Virus record (IMG/VR): IMGVR_UViG_3300033405_000003
DNA from: a virus
Taxonomy: Duplodnaviria > Caudoviricetes
Strand: one strand, 5' to 3'
Length of the DNA: 64,000 nt
The notes beneath the pieces are model-generated. The model made no database searches. It had not been told where the DNA came from and saw nothing but the letters and a program-made list of their open reading frames with translations. The position numbers were made by a program, and so were the translations under genes. Positions 1 through 8,677 of the stretch are shown piece by piece. The number at the start of each line of letters is the position of its first letter. Within the stretch, counting starts at the first letter, position 1.

Positions 1-2
1 AG

Positions 3-131
3 TACGCCGTCGGCATCACGCTCGGGATCGATGCGGTGACCCCGGGCATCCTCCTTACGTTGATGGTGCGGAACATCTCGCCGTCGCCGAGCACGTTCGA
101 GGCTTTCCTCAGGGGAAAGGTCATGCGATGA
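3..131 (+). CDS. 3' end of a beta-sandwich (jelly-roll-like) protein, possibly structural; truncated by window edge
   Basis: Frame reads YAVGITLGIDAVTPGILLTLMVRNISPSPSTFEAFLRGKVMR*; its TGA overlaps the next ATG (ATGA). Confidence 0.6.
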   Translation, partial: YAVGITLGIDAVTPGILLTLMVRNISPSPSTFEAFLRGKVMR

Positions 132-769
132 GGCTCGTCACCGCCACGCCGAACGCGCTCTACTGCGACACCGACCAGGTGCTCACGCCGGTAGCTTGCG
201 CGCTGCTCAAGTCGAGCGGCATCCGCGGCGTCTGGCGCTACCTCTCGGGCCTCTCGCCGACCGAGCGCGACGCCATCCTCACGAGCGGGCTCGAGCTGTA
301 TTTCGTGAACTACGCCCACGCCGCGGGCTGGACGCCGTCGGCGGCCGGCGGCCTCGCGGACGCGGAGCGCGACCTCGCGCGGCTCGAGGCGCTCGCGATC
401 CCGGTCGGCGTGCACTGCGTTTTCGACCTCGAAGGCCCGGGCGGCACGGAGAGCGAGGTCGTGGCGCACGTGAGCACGCACGGCCACACGATGTGGGGGG
501 CGAAGTACCTGCCGGCCCTCTACGTCGGGGAGGGCTCGATGCTGACGAGCGCGACGCTCTACGCCCTGCCCTCGATGCTTTACTGGCACTCGTGCTCCCA
601 GCTCCGCGACGGGCCGAGCGGGCTCGAGCCCCTCTGCGGCTACGCGGTCCAGCAGGGCCGGCCGTTCGAGGTCGTGCTCGACGACGGCGCGGGCACCAAG
701 GTCACGATCGACTACGACTACGTGGACGAGGACTTCAAGGGCAGACTGCCCATCGGGGTCGCTGCATGA
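128..769 (+). CDS. DUF1906/Rv2525c-like glycoside hydrolase, putative peptidoglycan hydrolase (endolysin)
   Basis: Motifs CDT, GVWRYL, LSPTE, GLADAERD, VFDLE, ALYVG and terminal IDYD fit the GH25-like TIM-barrel DUF1906 pattern. Confidence 0.75.
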   Translation: MRLVTATPNALYCDTDQVLTPVACALLKSSGIRGVWRYLSGLSPTERDAILTSGLELYFVNYAHAAGWTPSAAGGLADAERDLARLEALAIPVGVHCVFDLEGPGGTESEVVAHVSTHGHTMWGAKYLPALYVGEGSMLTSATLYALPSMLYWHSCSQLRDGPSGLEPLCGYAVQQGRPFEVVLDDGAGTKVTIDYDYVDEDFKGRLPIGVAA

Positions 770-827
770 ATGCCGTCATATTGCCGTTGACGATCCGGCG
801 CCGCGTGGACTACGTTTGCCATTCGCG

Positions 828-1046
828 ATGGCGCCCCCCAAGCACACCGTCGAGGGCCGCACGATGACCTTCGACGAGCGCAACAAGATCCACGGCGCGA
901 TCGAGCGCCACGCGGAGCGCGCGGGGCTCGAGGCCGAGACCGGCGGCGGGTTCCTGAAGACCATCGGCGACGTCGAGGATGAGGACGACCACTGGGCCGT
1001 CCCCGTCATCATCCGGATCCCGAAGCGGTTCGTCCGCGGCGACTAG
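828..1046 (+). CDS. hypothetical protein
   Basis: ORF with GC3-rich codon usage. Confidence 0.5.
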   Translation: MAPPKHTVEGRTMTFDERNKIHGAIERHAERAGLEAETGGGFLKTIGDVEDEDDHWAVPVIIRIPKRFVRGD

Positions 1047-1084
1047 GCGCTGAAAACAACAAGAGAGAGAAAGAGAGAGCACCC

Positions 1085-1360
1085 ATGGCATCGGAGCTGA
1101 TCCACGAAGCGATGACGACGCCGTTCGACGGCAAGCACTGGATGGCGATCACCGACGAGACCGGCGACACCAAGATCATGTGGTCGAAGGACAATGAGGA
1201 GGAGATCGAGAACGCCCGCCGCAACTTCAACGACATGAAGAAGAGGGGCTACACGGCCTTCCGCGTCGTCGGCAAGGCGGGCGAGCCCGGCGAGCAGATG
1301 AAGGAGTTCGACCCCGACGCCGAGCGCATCATCTTCACGAAGCCCCAAGCGGGCGGCTGA
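1085..1360 (+). CDS. small phage-type protein with C-terminal Gly-Gly
   Basis: Purine-rich RBS; GDTKIMW...EFDPDAERIIF...QAGG*. Confidence 0.8.
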   Translation: MASELIHEAMTTPFDGKHWMAITDETGDTKIMWSKDNEEEIENARRNFNDMKKRGYTAFRVVGKAGEPGEQMKEFDPDAERIIFTKPQAGG

Positions 1361-1362
1361 TC

Positions 1363-1692
1363 ATGCCCCTCGTCGGCGGCCAGGTGGCAGAGCCCATTCA
1401 CGGCGCGCAGCCGATCAACGCCGGCGCCGGCGTCGGCTACCAGTGGATTGAGGTTGACGGCGGGACCGGCTACGGGCAGGCGCTCATCATCGCCCAGACG
1501 ATCACGACGAGCGCGGCGAGCACGACGACGAACATCATCACCATGGAGGCCCAAGGCATGAACGCGGACGCCTGGAGAGAATGGAACGCGGTCTACACGC
1601 TCACGGGCGGGACCGGCTGCAACCACTGCGTGACCAAGTACGAGGCCACCGGCTGGCCGTTCAACGTCACGTATATCACCGCTGGGGGCTGA
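1363..1692 (+). CDS. Thr/Gly-rich hypothetical protein, probably an N-terminal part related to the gene at 2133-2878
   Basis: MPLVGGQVAEP start and AWREWN motif; ends TAGG*. Confidence 0.6.
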   Translation: MPLVGGQVAEPIHGAQPINAGAGVGYQWIEVDGGTGYGQALIIAQTITTSAASTTTNIITMEAQGMNADAWREWNAVYTLTGGTGCNHCVTKYEATGWPFNVTYITAGG

Positions 1693-1804
1693 ATCTCAGC
1701 AAGGCGGTCTCGGAGTTCTGTGGAGAAGGCTTGAAGCTTCGTGAGCCGCGCGAGACGAAAGACGAGGGTGCGCCGCAGTGAGAATTGAGCAGAAAGGAGA
1801 TTGG

Positions 1805-2038
1805 ATGGACGTCAAGATCGATCAGGGTGAGATTGAGCAGGCCGTGATGATGTGGCTCGAGAACAAGCACGGCATCTCCATCACGAAGGTGAGCGAGGGT
1901 GCCCACGGTGGTTCGAAGGCTCAATGGATGGCCATGCACAGCGGTGCGACGGTCGGAATCGGTGCGGTCACGGTCACGTTCACGAACGTGCGCGGCGCGC
2001 CGCTAGCCGGCCCCTACAGAACACCCAGTACCACATGA
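1805..2038 (+). CDS. hypothetical protein
   Basis: AAAGGAG RBS before ATG 1805; C-terminal GPYR motif. Confidence 0.65.
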   Translation: MDVKIDQGEIEQAVMMWLENKHGISITKVSEGAHGGSKAQWMAMHSGATVGIGAVTVTFTNVRGAPLAGPYRTPSTT

Positions 2039-2132
2039 CTACGTGCCCGAATTGTACTTTTAGTCACGTGGCCACTTGCGCGTGGTGCCGCCCGCTGAGC
2101 GACCAAGTTACGACCCGGGGCCCTTTCCCGAG

Positions 2133-2878
2133 ATGCCCGTGGGCAGGGGATGGCGGCGCGAGATCGCCGAGCCGTTCGTGAAGAAGATCGGTTGGGCGCC
2201 GAGCGGCATAAAGTTCGGAAGCGGCCCTCTCGTCGATGGCCCGGAGGGGATGGTGCGGATGGCAGGGGAGAGGGCGCGCAAGGATACGGGACGGCTGCCA
2301 CGATCAACCACTTCGCGTGGAACGTGTGGAACGACCGCTACGAGCGCATCCACGAGGCGGGCGCGCGCGCCGCCGAGATCCAGCGCTACTCGCGCCGCAA
2401 GCTCTCCGAGGCCGAGCTTCTCGCGGCCCTCGAGCAGGAGAAGAAGGCGCGCGAGGAGGCGGAGAAGCGCGCGGCAGCGGCCCTTGCCGCGGAGAAGCGT
2501 GCGGAGGACCTCCTCCGGCTCTGCCTCTCGCCGCAGCAGATCGAGGACCTCGAGAAGAAGAAGTGCTTCTACGTCGAGATCGAGGGCAAGGCCGGCAAGA
2601 AGGAGCGCTACCGTATCGACCGCGGGAGCCATGGCAACGTCAAGCAGATCGACGAGCGGGGATCCATCATCCGCTCGTTCTGCATCCAGCCGTCGGGCGT
2701 GCCGGCCGGCGACATCCTCCTCACGCAGAAGCTCTGGCTCGAGGCGAGCGAGGAGACGCGCGAGGAGTTCTGGGCGACGGCGAACATCACGACGCTGATG
2801 CGCGAGAAAGACATCCCGCACACGGTGCCGCGCAAGGAGCGGCGGCGCTACGCCGAGGCCCACGGCCTGCTCCACTGA
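2133..2878 (+). CDS. coiled-coil plus conserved Cys domain protein; apparent frameshift near 2230-2280
   Basis: N-terminus MPVGRGWRREIAEP is in one frame; the body AWNVWN...RYRIDRG...FCIQP...DILLTQKLWL is in the 2150-2878 frame. Confidence 0.6.
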
Positions 2879-2910
2879 CAATACACACGAGCGAAAGAGA
2901 GAACAGCGAA

Positions 2911-3492
2911 ATGGAGACGATCCGGTTCCAGTGCGATTTCTGCGGCATGAAGTCCGAAGAGGAATCAGTCGCATGGCGTAGACCTCGATGCTCCATCGAA
3001 CTTGTGATGCGGGGCAGCCGTTTTGCCACGGTCTCGGGCTCGCATCCACTCTACGGCCTGCCGCCCGGCGCGGGCGCGACGCCCGAGAGCGCCGAGGACG
3101 AGCGCTGGGCCGCGACGCTCTGCGATCGCTGCATGAAGCGCGTCGCGGCGCTCTTCGGCCTGAACCTCGAGACGCCCGAGGAGGCGCGCTGGCGCCAGAA
3201 CGAGTTCATGCGCCACGTGGCGTCGGAGGCCGCGCGCGCGAACGGCGCGTCGCCCGGGTCCGACATGCGCGGCGTGATGACGGACCAGTTCCCGACGCCG
3301 TCCGTGCCGGACGCGGTGGCGGTGGCGGCGCGCACGTCCCCGTCCGCCCCGGTGAGCGTCATCCAATACGAGACCCCACGGCGGGTCACGTCGCCGAAGG
3401 ACGGCGAGAGCGCGGAGAGCGACGCCGCGCCGGGGACGCTCGAGAAGAACAGCAAGGACAAGCCCGACGCCGACGCCGAAGCACCCGAGTAA
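2911..3492 (+). CDS. Zn-finger (CxxC...CxxC) hypothetical protein
   Basis: CDFC and CDRC pairs. Confidence 0.65.
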   Translation: METIRFQCDFCGMKSEEESVAWRRPRCSIELVMRGSRFATVSGSHPLYGLPPGAGATPESAEDERWAATLCDRCMKRVAALFGLNLETPEEARWRQNEFMRHVASEAARANGASPGSDMRGVMTDQFPTPSVPDAVAVAARTSPSAPVSVIQYETPRRVTSPKDGESAESDAAPGTLEKNSKDKPDADAEAPE

Positions 3493-3497
3493 GCCAG

Positions 3498-3983
3498 ATG
3501 AGCGACGAGGCGGACTTCCACGTCGAGATCCCTGCCCCGGCGACGCACTGCGCGGGGTGCGGCGCCGAGTACCGCCACATCCAGGCGCCGCACAAGCCGG
3601 CTGGGGTCTCGATGATGATCGCCTGCGACTGCGTGCCCGTCGTGACGCGGGTGGGAAGCACGTCCATCACGCGTCTCGTGCCCCCCAAGCAGCTCGAGGA
3701 GGAGAAGAGGCGCGAGACCGCCATCGACAAGATGAAGAAGGCGCTGCCCTTCATGAGGCACGCGGTCAAGCTCGCGGCGGCGGACGGGGCGGTGCACTTC
3801 GGCATCCTCTCGGTGAGGCCCGACGGCTCGGGGACCGTGATGGCGAAGTTCGAGGCCGCGGAGTTCTTCGACGACCTCGCGCTCATCGTCGGGGCGCCAG
3901 AACAAACGAAGGACGACGAGATGAAAGCGGAGGCGGCCCGCATCCTCGACAATCTCGTCCCCGGGAGCGAAGGTCTAAAGTGA
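3498..3983 (+). CDS. hypothetical protein
   Basis: ORF with CAGC and CDC motifs. Confidence 0.65.
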   Translation: MSDEADFHVEIPAPATHCAGCGAEYRHIQAPHKPAGVSMMIACDCVPVVTRVGSTSITRLVPPKQLEEEKRRETAIDKMKKALPFMRHAVKLAAADGAVHFGILSVRPDGSGTVMAKFEAAEFFDDLALIVGAPEQTKDDEMKAEAARILDNLVPGSEGLK

Positions 3984-3995
3984 GGACACAGATCG

Positions 3996-4790
3996 ATGGT
4001 TAGCGGCCTGCTGCTCCTCGCGCTGGCGGCGGCCCTCGCGATCCCCGCGGTCGTGCTCTGGCGCCGAGTCTTCGCGGGCGCCGCGATCCCCCACGAGCTG
4101 CGCGTGCCGGGGGCCGCGTCCGTCGACACCGCGGAGTGCCGGCTCGCGGTCCACGAGGCGGGGCACGCCGTCGCGGCGTGGTGCTGCACGCTGGTCTCCG
4201 AGGTCACAATCGCGACGATCGAGGCGAAGGACCGCGGCGCGGGATGGGACGGCGGCTTTGTGAACTACACCTACTACAGGACCTACTGGTCCTCGGGCGA
4301 CTGGTGCAAGATGGTCATCGCTCTCGCGGGCGTGGCAGCCGAGGCGCTCGTCTACTCGCGCTGGCGCTCGACGGGCTCCGAGCGCGACCTCCTCCAGGCG
4401 CTCGAGATCGCCGAGGGCCTGGTCGCCAAGGGCGCGGCCGAGCACATCCCGTGGCAGCGCCTCGGCGAGACGCCGGGCCGCGCGCCCGACCTCGGGAAGG
4501 CGTTCAAGACCAGGCCACCAGCCGCCGTCGCCGAGAACCTGAACGAAGGGTACCGGATGGCGCGGCACGTCCTCGGCTCCCACGGCGGGGCGTTCTTCAA
4601 GGTCGTCTCCATGCTACTTGCGAAGAAGAGCACGACGCGCGCCGACATGGAGCAGGTGCTCGGCAAGCGGCACTTCGAGCAGCTCGTCGCCCTCGGGGCG
4701 CAGCTCGAGAGCGTCGTGAACGAGTCGGGCAAGCCTGAGCACTTCAAGCCGAGGTTCGTGCTGCCGCTCCGCAGGAGGAAGGCCGCGTGA
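3996..4790 (+). CDS. membrane-anchored M41 (FtsH protease domain-like) zinc metallopeptidase without AAA domain
   Basis: N-terminal TM helix; AVHEAGHAV, LAGVAAEAL and GSERDL match the M41 HExxH/E/D signature. Confidence 0.8.
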   Translation: MVSGLLLLALAAALAIPAVVLWRRVFAGAAIPHELRVPGAASVDTAECRLAVHEAGHAVAAWCCTLVSEVTIATIEAKDRGAGWDGGFVNYTYYRTYWSSGDWCKMVIALAGVAAEALVYSRWRSTGSERDLLQALEIAEGLVAKGAAEHIPWQRLGETPGRAPDLGKAFKTRPPAAVAENLNEGYRMARHVLGSHGGAFFKVVSMLLAKKSTTRADMEQVLGKRHFEQLVALGAQLESVVNESGKPEHFKPRFVLPLRRRKAA

Positions 4791-5101
4791 AGAAGCGCTC
4801 GAAGATCTGGCCGCTCACGAAGCGCGAGGCGGAGATGGTGAAGTCGCTGGAGAACGTGTTCTGGCTCGCCGCGGCGGTGCTCCTCGGGCTCGAGAGGCGG
4901 GACGAGCCGAACGCCCTCGAGAACGTGAAGAAGAGCCTGCTCGCGCTCCAGCGCGGCGTGAACAACCACTGCCGGCGCTTCGCCGGCGACGCGAACGCGA
5001 TGCGCGAGCTGAGGGGAGCGTACCAGACGCTGGGCCTCAGTCGCTCCCGGATGCGGAGCGCGGCGAGGGCGCTCGCAGCCAAAAAGAGGGTCGGGCCATG
5101 A
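4787..5101 (+). CDS. hypothetical protein
   Basis: GTGA/ATGA coupled ORF. Confidence 0.6.
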   Translation: MKKRSKIWPLTKREAEMVKSLENVFWLAAAVLLGLERRDEPNALENVKKSLLALQRGVNNHCRRFAGDANAMRELRGAYQTLGLSRSRMRSAARALAAKKRVGP

Positions 5102-5433
5102 ACGACAGGTTCGCGAAGATCGGCGCGTTCGTCTTCGTCGTGGTCTTCGGGTTCGTCACGGCGGTCACGGCCACGACGTGCCACCGTGAGAACGCGCAAG
5201 CCCCTGCAGCCAAAGACCCGGGCCCGCTCCACGGCGAGAGCCCGATGTTCACCGTCGTGCCGATGAAGGTTTGCACGAGCGCCTTCGGGCCGTTCTGCGA
5301 CGAGTGGGAATGGTGCGGTAGCAGCGCGCCGAAGGTCTCGACGCCCCAGAAGCTCTGGAACGCCTACGCCGCCCAGGGGAAGGACGGGCCCGTGCTCGTC
5401 TGCGAATGGCGGGACAAGAAGGACGAGCGGTAG
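5098..5433 (+). CDS. secreted or membrane-anchored Cys-rich protein
   Basis: N-terminal hydrophobic segment. Confidence 0.65.
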   Translation: MNDRFAKIGAFVFVVVFGFVTAVTATTCHRENAQAPAAKDPGPLHGESPMFTVVPMKVCTSAFGPFCDEWEWCGSSAPKVSTPQKLWNAYAAQGKDGPVLVCEWRDKKDER

Positions 5434-5655
5434 ATGGTGGACTACGACGGCGCCCTCCTCGCGGCCAAACACCGCATGACGAAGGTCCTCTGCAGGGAGG
5501 GCGGCCCCGACCGCAGCGAGATCGCAACCGCGATCGACGAGCTGAATGCGGCTTGGGATGAACTCACGGACTGCCTCGTGCGCCAGGTCGAGGCGCGCGA
5601 CGCGGAGATACGGTCGCTGCTCAACAAGATCGCCGAGTTGAACAAGAAGAGGTGA
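5434..5655 (+). CDS. hypothetical coiled-coil protein
   Basis: ORF abuts the previous stop. Confidence 0.6.
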   Translation: MVDYDGALLAAKHRMTKVLCREGGPDRSEIATAIDELNAAWDELTDCLVRQVEARDAEIRSLLNKIAELNKKR

Positions 5656-5658
5656 ACG

Positions 5659-6060
5659 ATGAACGCGCTTTACGGACTGTCGATAACCGCGAACAAGAAA
5701 GAGATCCTGGAGACCCTCAAGAAGAACCGCGAGGAGCACAAGACGATCGTCGCCGAGGCCCGGACGGCCTACGTCGACCAGGCGAAGAAGGTCGTCGAGA
5801 AGAAGCTCGCGGCGCTCCGCGAGGGCAAGGTCGTCGCGCTCACCTTCTCGCTCGCGGCGCCGCTCGACTACACGACGGTGTACGACACGGCCATCAACGC
5901 GCTCGAGCTTCACACGGGCGACACGATCGATCTCAGCGCGGATCAGGTCCGAAATCTCGTCAACGACACTTGGGACTGGACACACCAGTTCACGACGTCG
6001 AACTCGATGTACTCCGAGACGCTGAAGAAGAAGCTCATGAACTTCGACCCGGAGGACTGA
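5659..6060 (+). CDS. hypothetical phage protein
   Basis: GAGGTG RBS and typical codon bias. Confidence 0.75.
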   Translation: MNALYGLSITANKKEILETLKKNREEHKTIVAEARTAYVDQAKKVVEKKLAALREGKVVALTFSLAAPLDYTTVYDTAINALELHTGDTIDLSADQVRNLVNDTWDWTHQFTTSNSMYSETLKKKLMNFDPED

Positions 6061-6063
6061 CCG

Positions 6064-6273
6064 ATGCGCGTGGGGATGGCCGATCTGGAGGACCTCGTCT
6101 ACTTCTTCATGAACGCCCCGCTCGACAAGCCCTTCTCGAAGGCGATCCTCGCGAGCGTGCTCTGCAAGATCAACGACGTCCCGGACGGGGACGCCGTCGT
6201 CGCGCAAGACGTGGACGCGTGGCTCGAGAACACGAAGCAGAAGCTCCACGCCGCCGGCCGCAGGATCCCATGA
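6064..6273 (+). CDS. hypothetical protein
   Basis: GGAGG RBS. Confidence 0.6.
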   Translation: MRVGMADLEDLVYFFMNAPLDKPFSKAILASVLCKINDVPDGDAVVAQDVDAWLENTKQKLHAAGRRIP

Positions 6274-6563
6274 GCGCCGCCCCGTGCGCGGAGTGCGGGA
6301 CCGTCGACGAGCGCGGCCCCCACACGGCCCAGAACTGCCTCGGCGTCGTCAAGCATCGCGAGGCGCAGCTCGCGGACAAGCTCGCGGCGGCGGAGGCTCG
6401 CGCGAGGACCTCGGAGGCGCGCACCCTTGAACTCGAGAGTAGGTTCCCCGTGACGGCTTGCCCAAAATGCGGGTCGCTCGCGAAGCGCGGCGCGCCGCAC
6501 GTGCACGGGTTCGTGACCGGCTCGCACGTCAAATACGAGTCGTGCGACGGGCTCGCCGTCTGA
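6270..6563 (+). CDS. Zn-finger/coiled-coil hypothetical protein
   Basis: CAEC and CPKC; ATGA coupling. Confidence 0.6.
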   Translation: MSAAPCAECGTVDERGPHTAQNCLGVVKHREAQLADKLAAAEARARTSEARTLELESRFPVTACPKCGSLAKRGAPHVHGFVTGSHVKYESCDGLAV

Positions 6564-6576
6564 GCGCCGTCCCCGG

Positions 6577-6607
6577 TTGACGCGTGGCGATCGAACGTAT
6601 ATATCCT
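6577..6607 (+). promoter_or_regulatory. sigma70-like promoter upstream of an RHH gene
   Basis: TTGACG at 6577 and AT-rich TATATCCT; TATCCT lies 6 nt before GTG 6614. Confidence 0.55.
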
Positions 6608-6613
6608 TGACCC

Positions 6614-6799
6614 GTGCCAAAGACCGCGCGCAGCCACCGCTTCAACATGATGATGGCGAAGCCCGAGTTCGCCATGCTCAAGGCGCTCGCCGCCGCCGAC
6701 GGGATCAGCGCGTCCGACTACGTGCGGCAGTTCGTCCATAGGGCGTACCGGGAGCACCTGAGGGGCAAGGCGGCGAACGACGCCGGGAAGCGAGGATGA
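6614..6799 (+). CDS. ribbon-helix-helix (CopG-like) regulator
   Basis: RFNMMM strand, then LKALAAADGISASDYVRQFV. Confidence 0.75.
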   Translation: MPKTARSHRFNMMMAKPEFAMLKALAAADGISASDYVRQFVHRAYREHLRGKAANDAGKRG

Positions 6800-6803
6800 C
6801 GAC

Positions 6804-7295
6804 ATGAGCGAGCAAGAGAAGGCGCAGGGCCGGGACGACCGCCGCGAGAGGCCGGCGTGGACGAACTGCAAGGAATTCAAGGCAAGCGTCGGGCAGCTCG
6901 AGCTGTGCGTCCGCGTGTCGCGCTCGGGCGACTACGTGCCCAAGTACAACATCACGGCCGGCCGCAGGCGCCAGGACGGGACCGTCGGGATGAGCATCCC
7001 GATCTACGCGCGCGGGCGCGGCAAGATCGAGATCGCCCGCGTGGGCGAGGTCCTCGCCAAGCTCGTGAAGGAGGCGGAGGACTGGATCCACAACGAGACG
7101 CAGTACCACGAGGACCAGCTCATCGAGGACAAGGTGAGGCGCGAGCAGAAAGGGATGAAGAGGGACGACAAGCCGAAGGGGCTCGGCGCGCTCGGCAAGA
7201 TGGACGCGGCGAAGCGCCAAGCCGCAGCGCCGCCGCCCGCGCCGCCGGACGCGAAACCCGCGGAGGCGATTCCGACTCCCGCGGAGACCAAGTGA
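6804..7295 (+). CDS. hypothetical protein
   Basis: GAGGA RBS and codon bias. Confidence 0.7.
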   Translation: MSEQEKAQGRDDRRERPAWTNCKEFKASVGQLELCVRVSRSGDYVPKYNITAGRRRQDGTVGMSIPIYARGRGKIEIARVGEVLAKLVKEAEDWIHNETQYHEDQLIEDKVRREQKGMKRDDKPKGLGALGKMDAAKRQAAAPPPAPPDAKPAEAIPTPAETK

Positions 7296-7357
7296 GCGGC
7301 GGGGGCGACGCTACCCTCCGCTCGGGCACCGAGCGCGACCACACCGAGGACTGCGCG

Positions 7358-7846
7358 ATGACGCACGCCGCGCGCGGCGGCGGCAACCCCTACTCGGTCG
7401 CGTGCACCTGCGACGAGCTTCTCATCGCGGATGTCACGCTCGTCGCCCGGGCCAACGACCAGGACGTCCTCCGCGTCCGCATGCGGAGCGGCAGCTCGCT
7501 CCTCATGTCGACGCGCCATTTCGAGCGGCTTGCGCGCGCGACTCACGCGGAGCTGGGCAAGTACGAGCTGATTGGCGGCGGCACGGGCGTGCACTGGCCG
7601 GACCTCGACGAGGACATCTCGATCCGCGGGTTCGTTCGCTACGGCAAGTGGGAGGCGGGGGTCACGGCCGAGGAGGCGATGCCCGACATCAAGTACCTCG
7701 TGACGGAGGAACGCCTCCGCAGCATCGCGAACGGCGGTCCGTTTGCGTTTCACGAGCGCGTCGCCATGGCCCGCGAGCTTCTTCGCTGGAGGGCCTGGCA
7801 CGAGAAAGGCGTCTCCACCGCGCCCGTGGCGGTGGCGAGGAAGTGA
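7358..7846 (+). CDS. DUF2442-family (antitoxin-like) protein
   Basis: RLARAT...YELIGGGTGVHWPDLDEDISI is the DUF2442 signature; the start could be GTG 7292. Confidence 0.75.
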   Translation: MTHAARGGGNPYSVACTCDELLIADVTLVARANDQDVLRVRMRSGSSLLMSTRHFERLARATHAELGKYELIGGGTGVHWPDLDEDISIRGFVRYGKWEAGVTAEEAMPDIKYLVTEERLRSIANGGPFAFHERVAMARELLRWRAWHEKGVSTAPVAVARK

Positions 7847-8175
7847 TGGGCATCCGCATGGCCAAGCAGTCCGCGACCAAGGAGCTGAAGGACTACGTCG
7901 AGGACGTGTGCGAGGCGCTCGGCAGGAAGAGCGCCCTCGTGACGGACGAGTCCACCGTCGGCGACTTCCTCGAGATGGGCGAAGGCCCGCACCGCGTCCG
8001 CAAGGGGAGCACGGGCACGTGGGTCAACATGCCCGGCGACCCGGAGGTCAAGAAGCGGAACGACCAGAAGCTCGCGCTGGCGACGGACCTGCTCGGCGTG
8101 CCGGTCGAGCGCGGCGAGACCATCGTCGCGATCGCGCGCCGGCTCCGCGACTTCACGAGGGGAGGCAAGTCTTGA
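7846..8175 (+). CDS. hypothetical protein
   Basis: TGATG coupling. Confidence 0.65.
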   Translation: MGIRMAKQSATKELKDYVEDVCEALGRKSALVTDESTVGDFLEMGEGPHRVRKGSTGTWVNMPGDPEVKKRNDQKLALATDLLGVPVERGETIVAIARRLRDFTRGGKS

Positions 8176-8447
8176 CGCCGGCGGAGAAGAAGCTCGCCAG
8201 CGCGCTCCTTCGAATGGCGGCCGAAGAGTTCGGCAACTACGGCTGTAACGACTTCGACCTCGTGGAGGATGGGAAGATGACCGCGAAGGAGGCCGACGCG
8301 CTCATGAAAACCTTCCACGAGCGCAGCGGGTCGCCGGACGACTACGAACCGGGAGACACGAACCTGGGGGATTTCGTGGCGATGGATTTCCTCGCCGACC
8401 TCCTCGAGCGCGAAGCCAAGAACGAGACGAAGAAGGAGAGGCGTTGA
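8172..8447 (+). CDS. hypothetical phage protein
   Basis: GGAGG RBS, TTG start; EEFGNYGCNDF. Confidence 0.65.
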   Translation: MTPAEKKLASALLRMAAEEFGNYGCNDFDLVEDGKMTAKEADALMKTFHERSGSPDDYEPGDTNLGDFVAMDFLADLLEREAKNETKKERR

Positions 8448-8677
8448 TGGGTTACCAGATCCGATACACGGACAACCAGGGACGGGCCCGGGTGCACGAC
8501 TATCGCGGCTCGATCGCGGGCGCCGAAGGGTGGGCGCGCCAGCTCTCCAAGGACAACGGCGGCACGCGCGCCGAGGCCGTACATATCGCCGATACCCACC
8601 ACGACGCCGCGCCGCAGGGAACGGTGACCCACGTCATCACGGTGGGCGACGACGCGGTGCTCGGGAGGCCGAAGTGA
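8444..8677 (+). CDS. hypothetical protein
   Basis: Coupled ORF with RBS. Confidence 0.6.
   Translation: MMGYQIRYTDNQGRARVHDYRGSIAGAEGWARQLSKDNGGTRAEAVHIADTHHDAAPQGTVTHVITVGDDAVLGRPK

Noticed and set aside
1690-2280. Group I or II intron splitting the 1363/2150 gene
   Set aside because: The GAGCCG...GAAAG at 1743 does not close a domain V, and the GACTA/TAGTC at about 2037-2065 is a simple hairpin without the P7 context.
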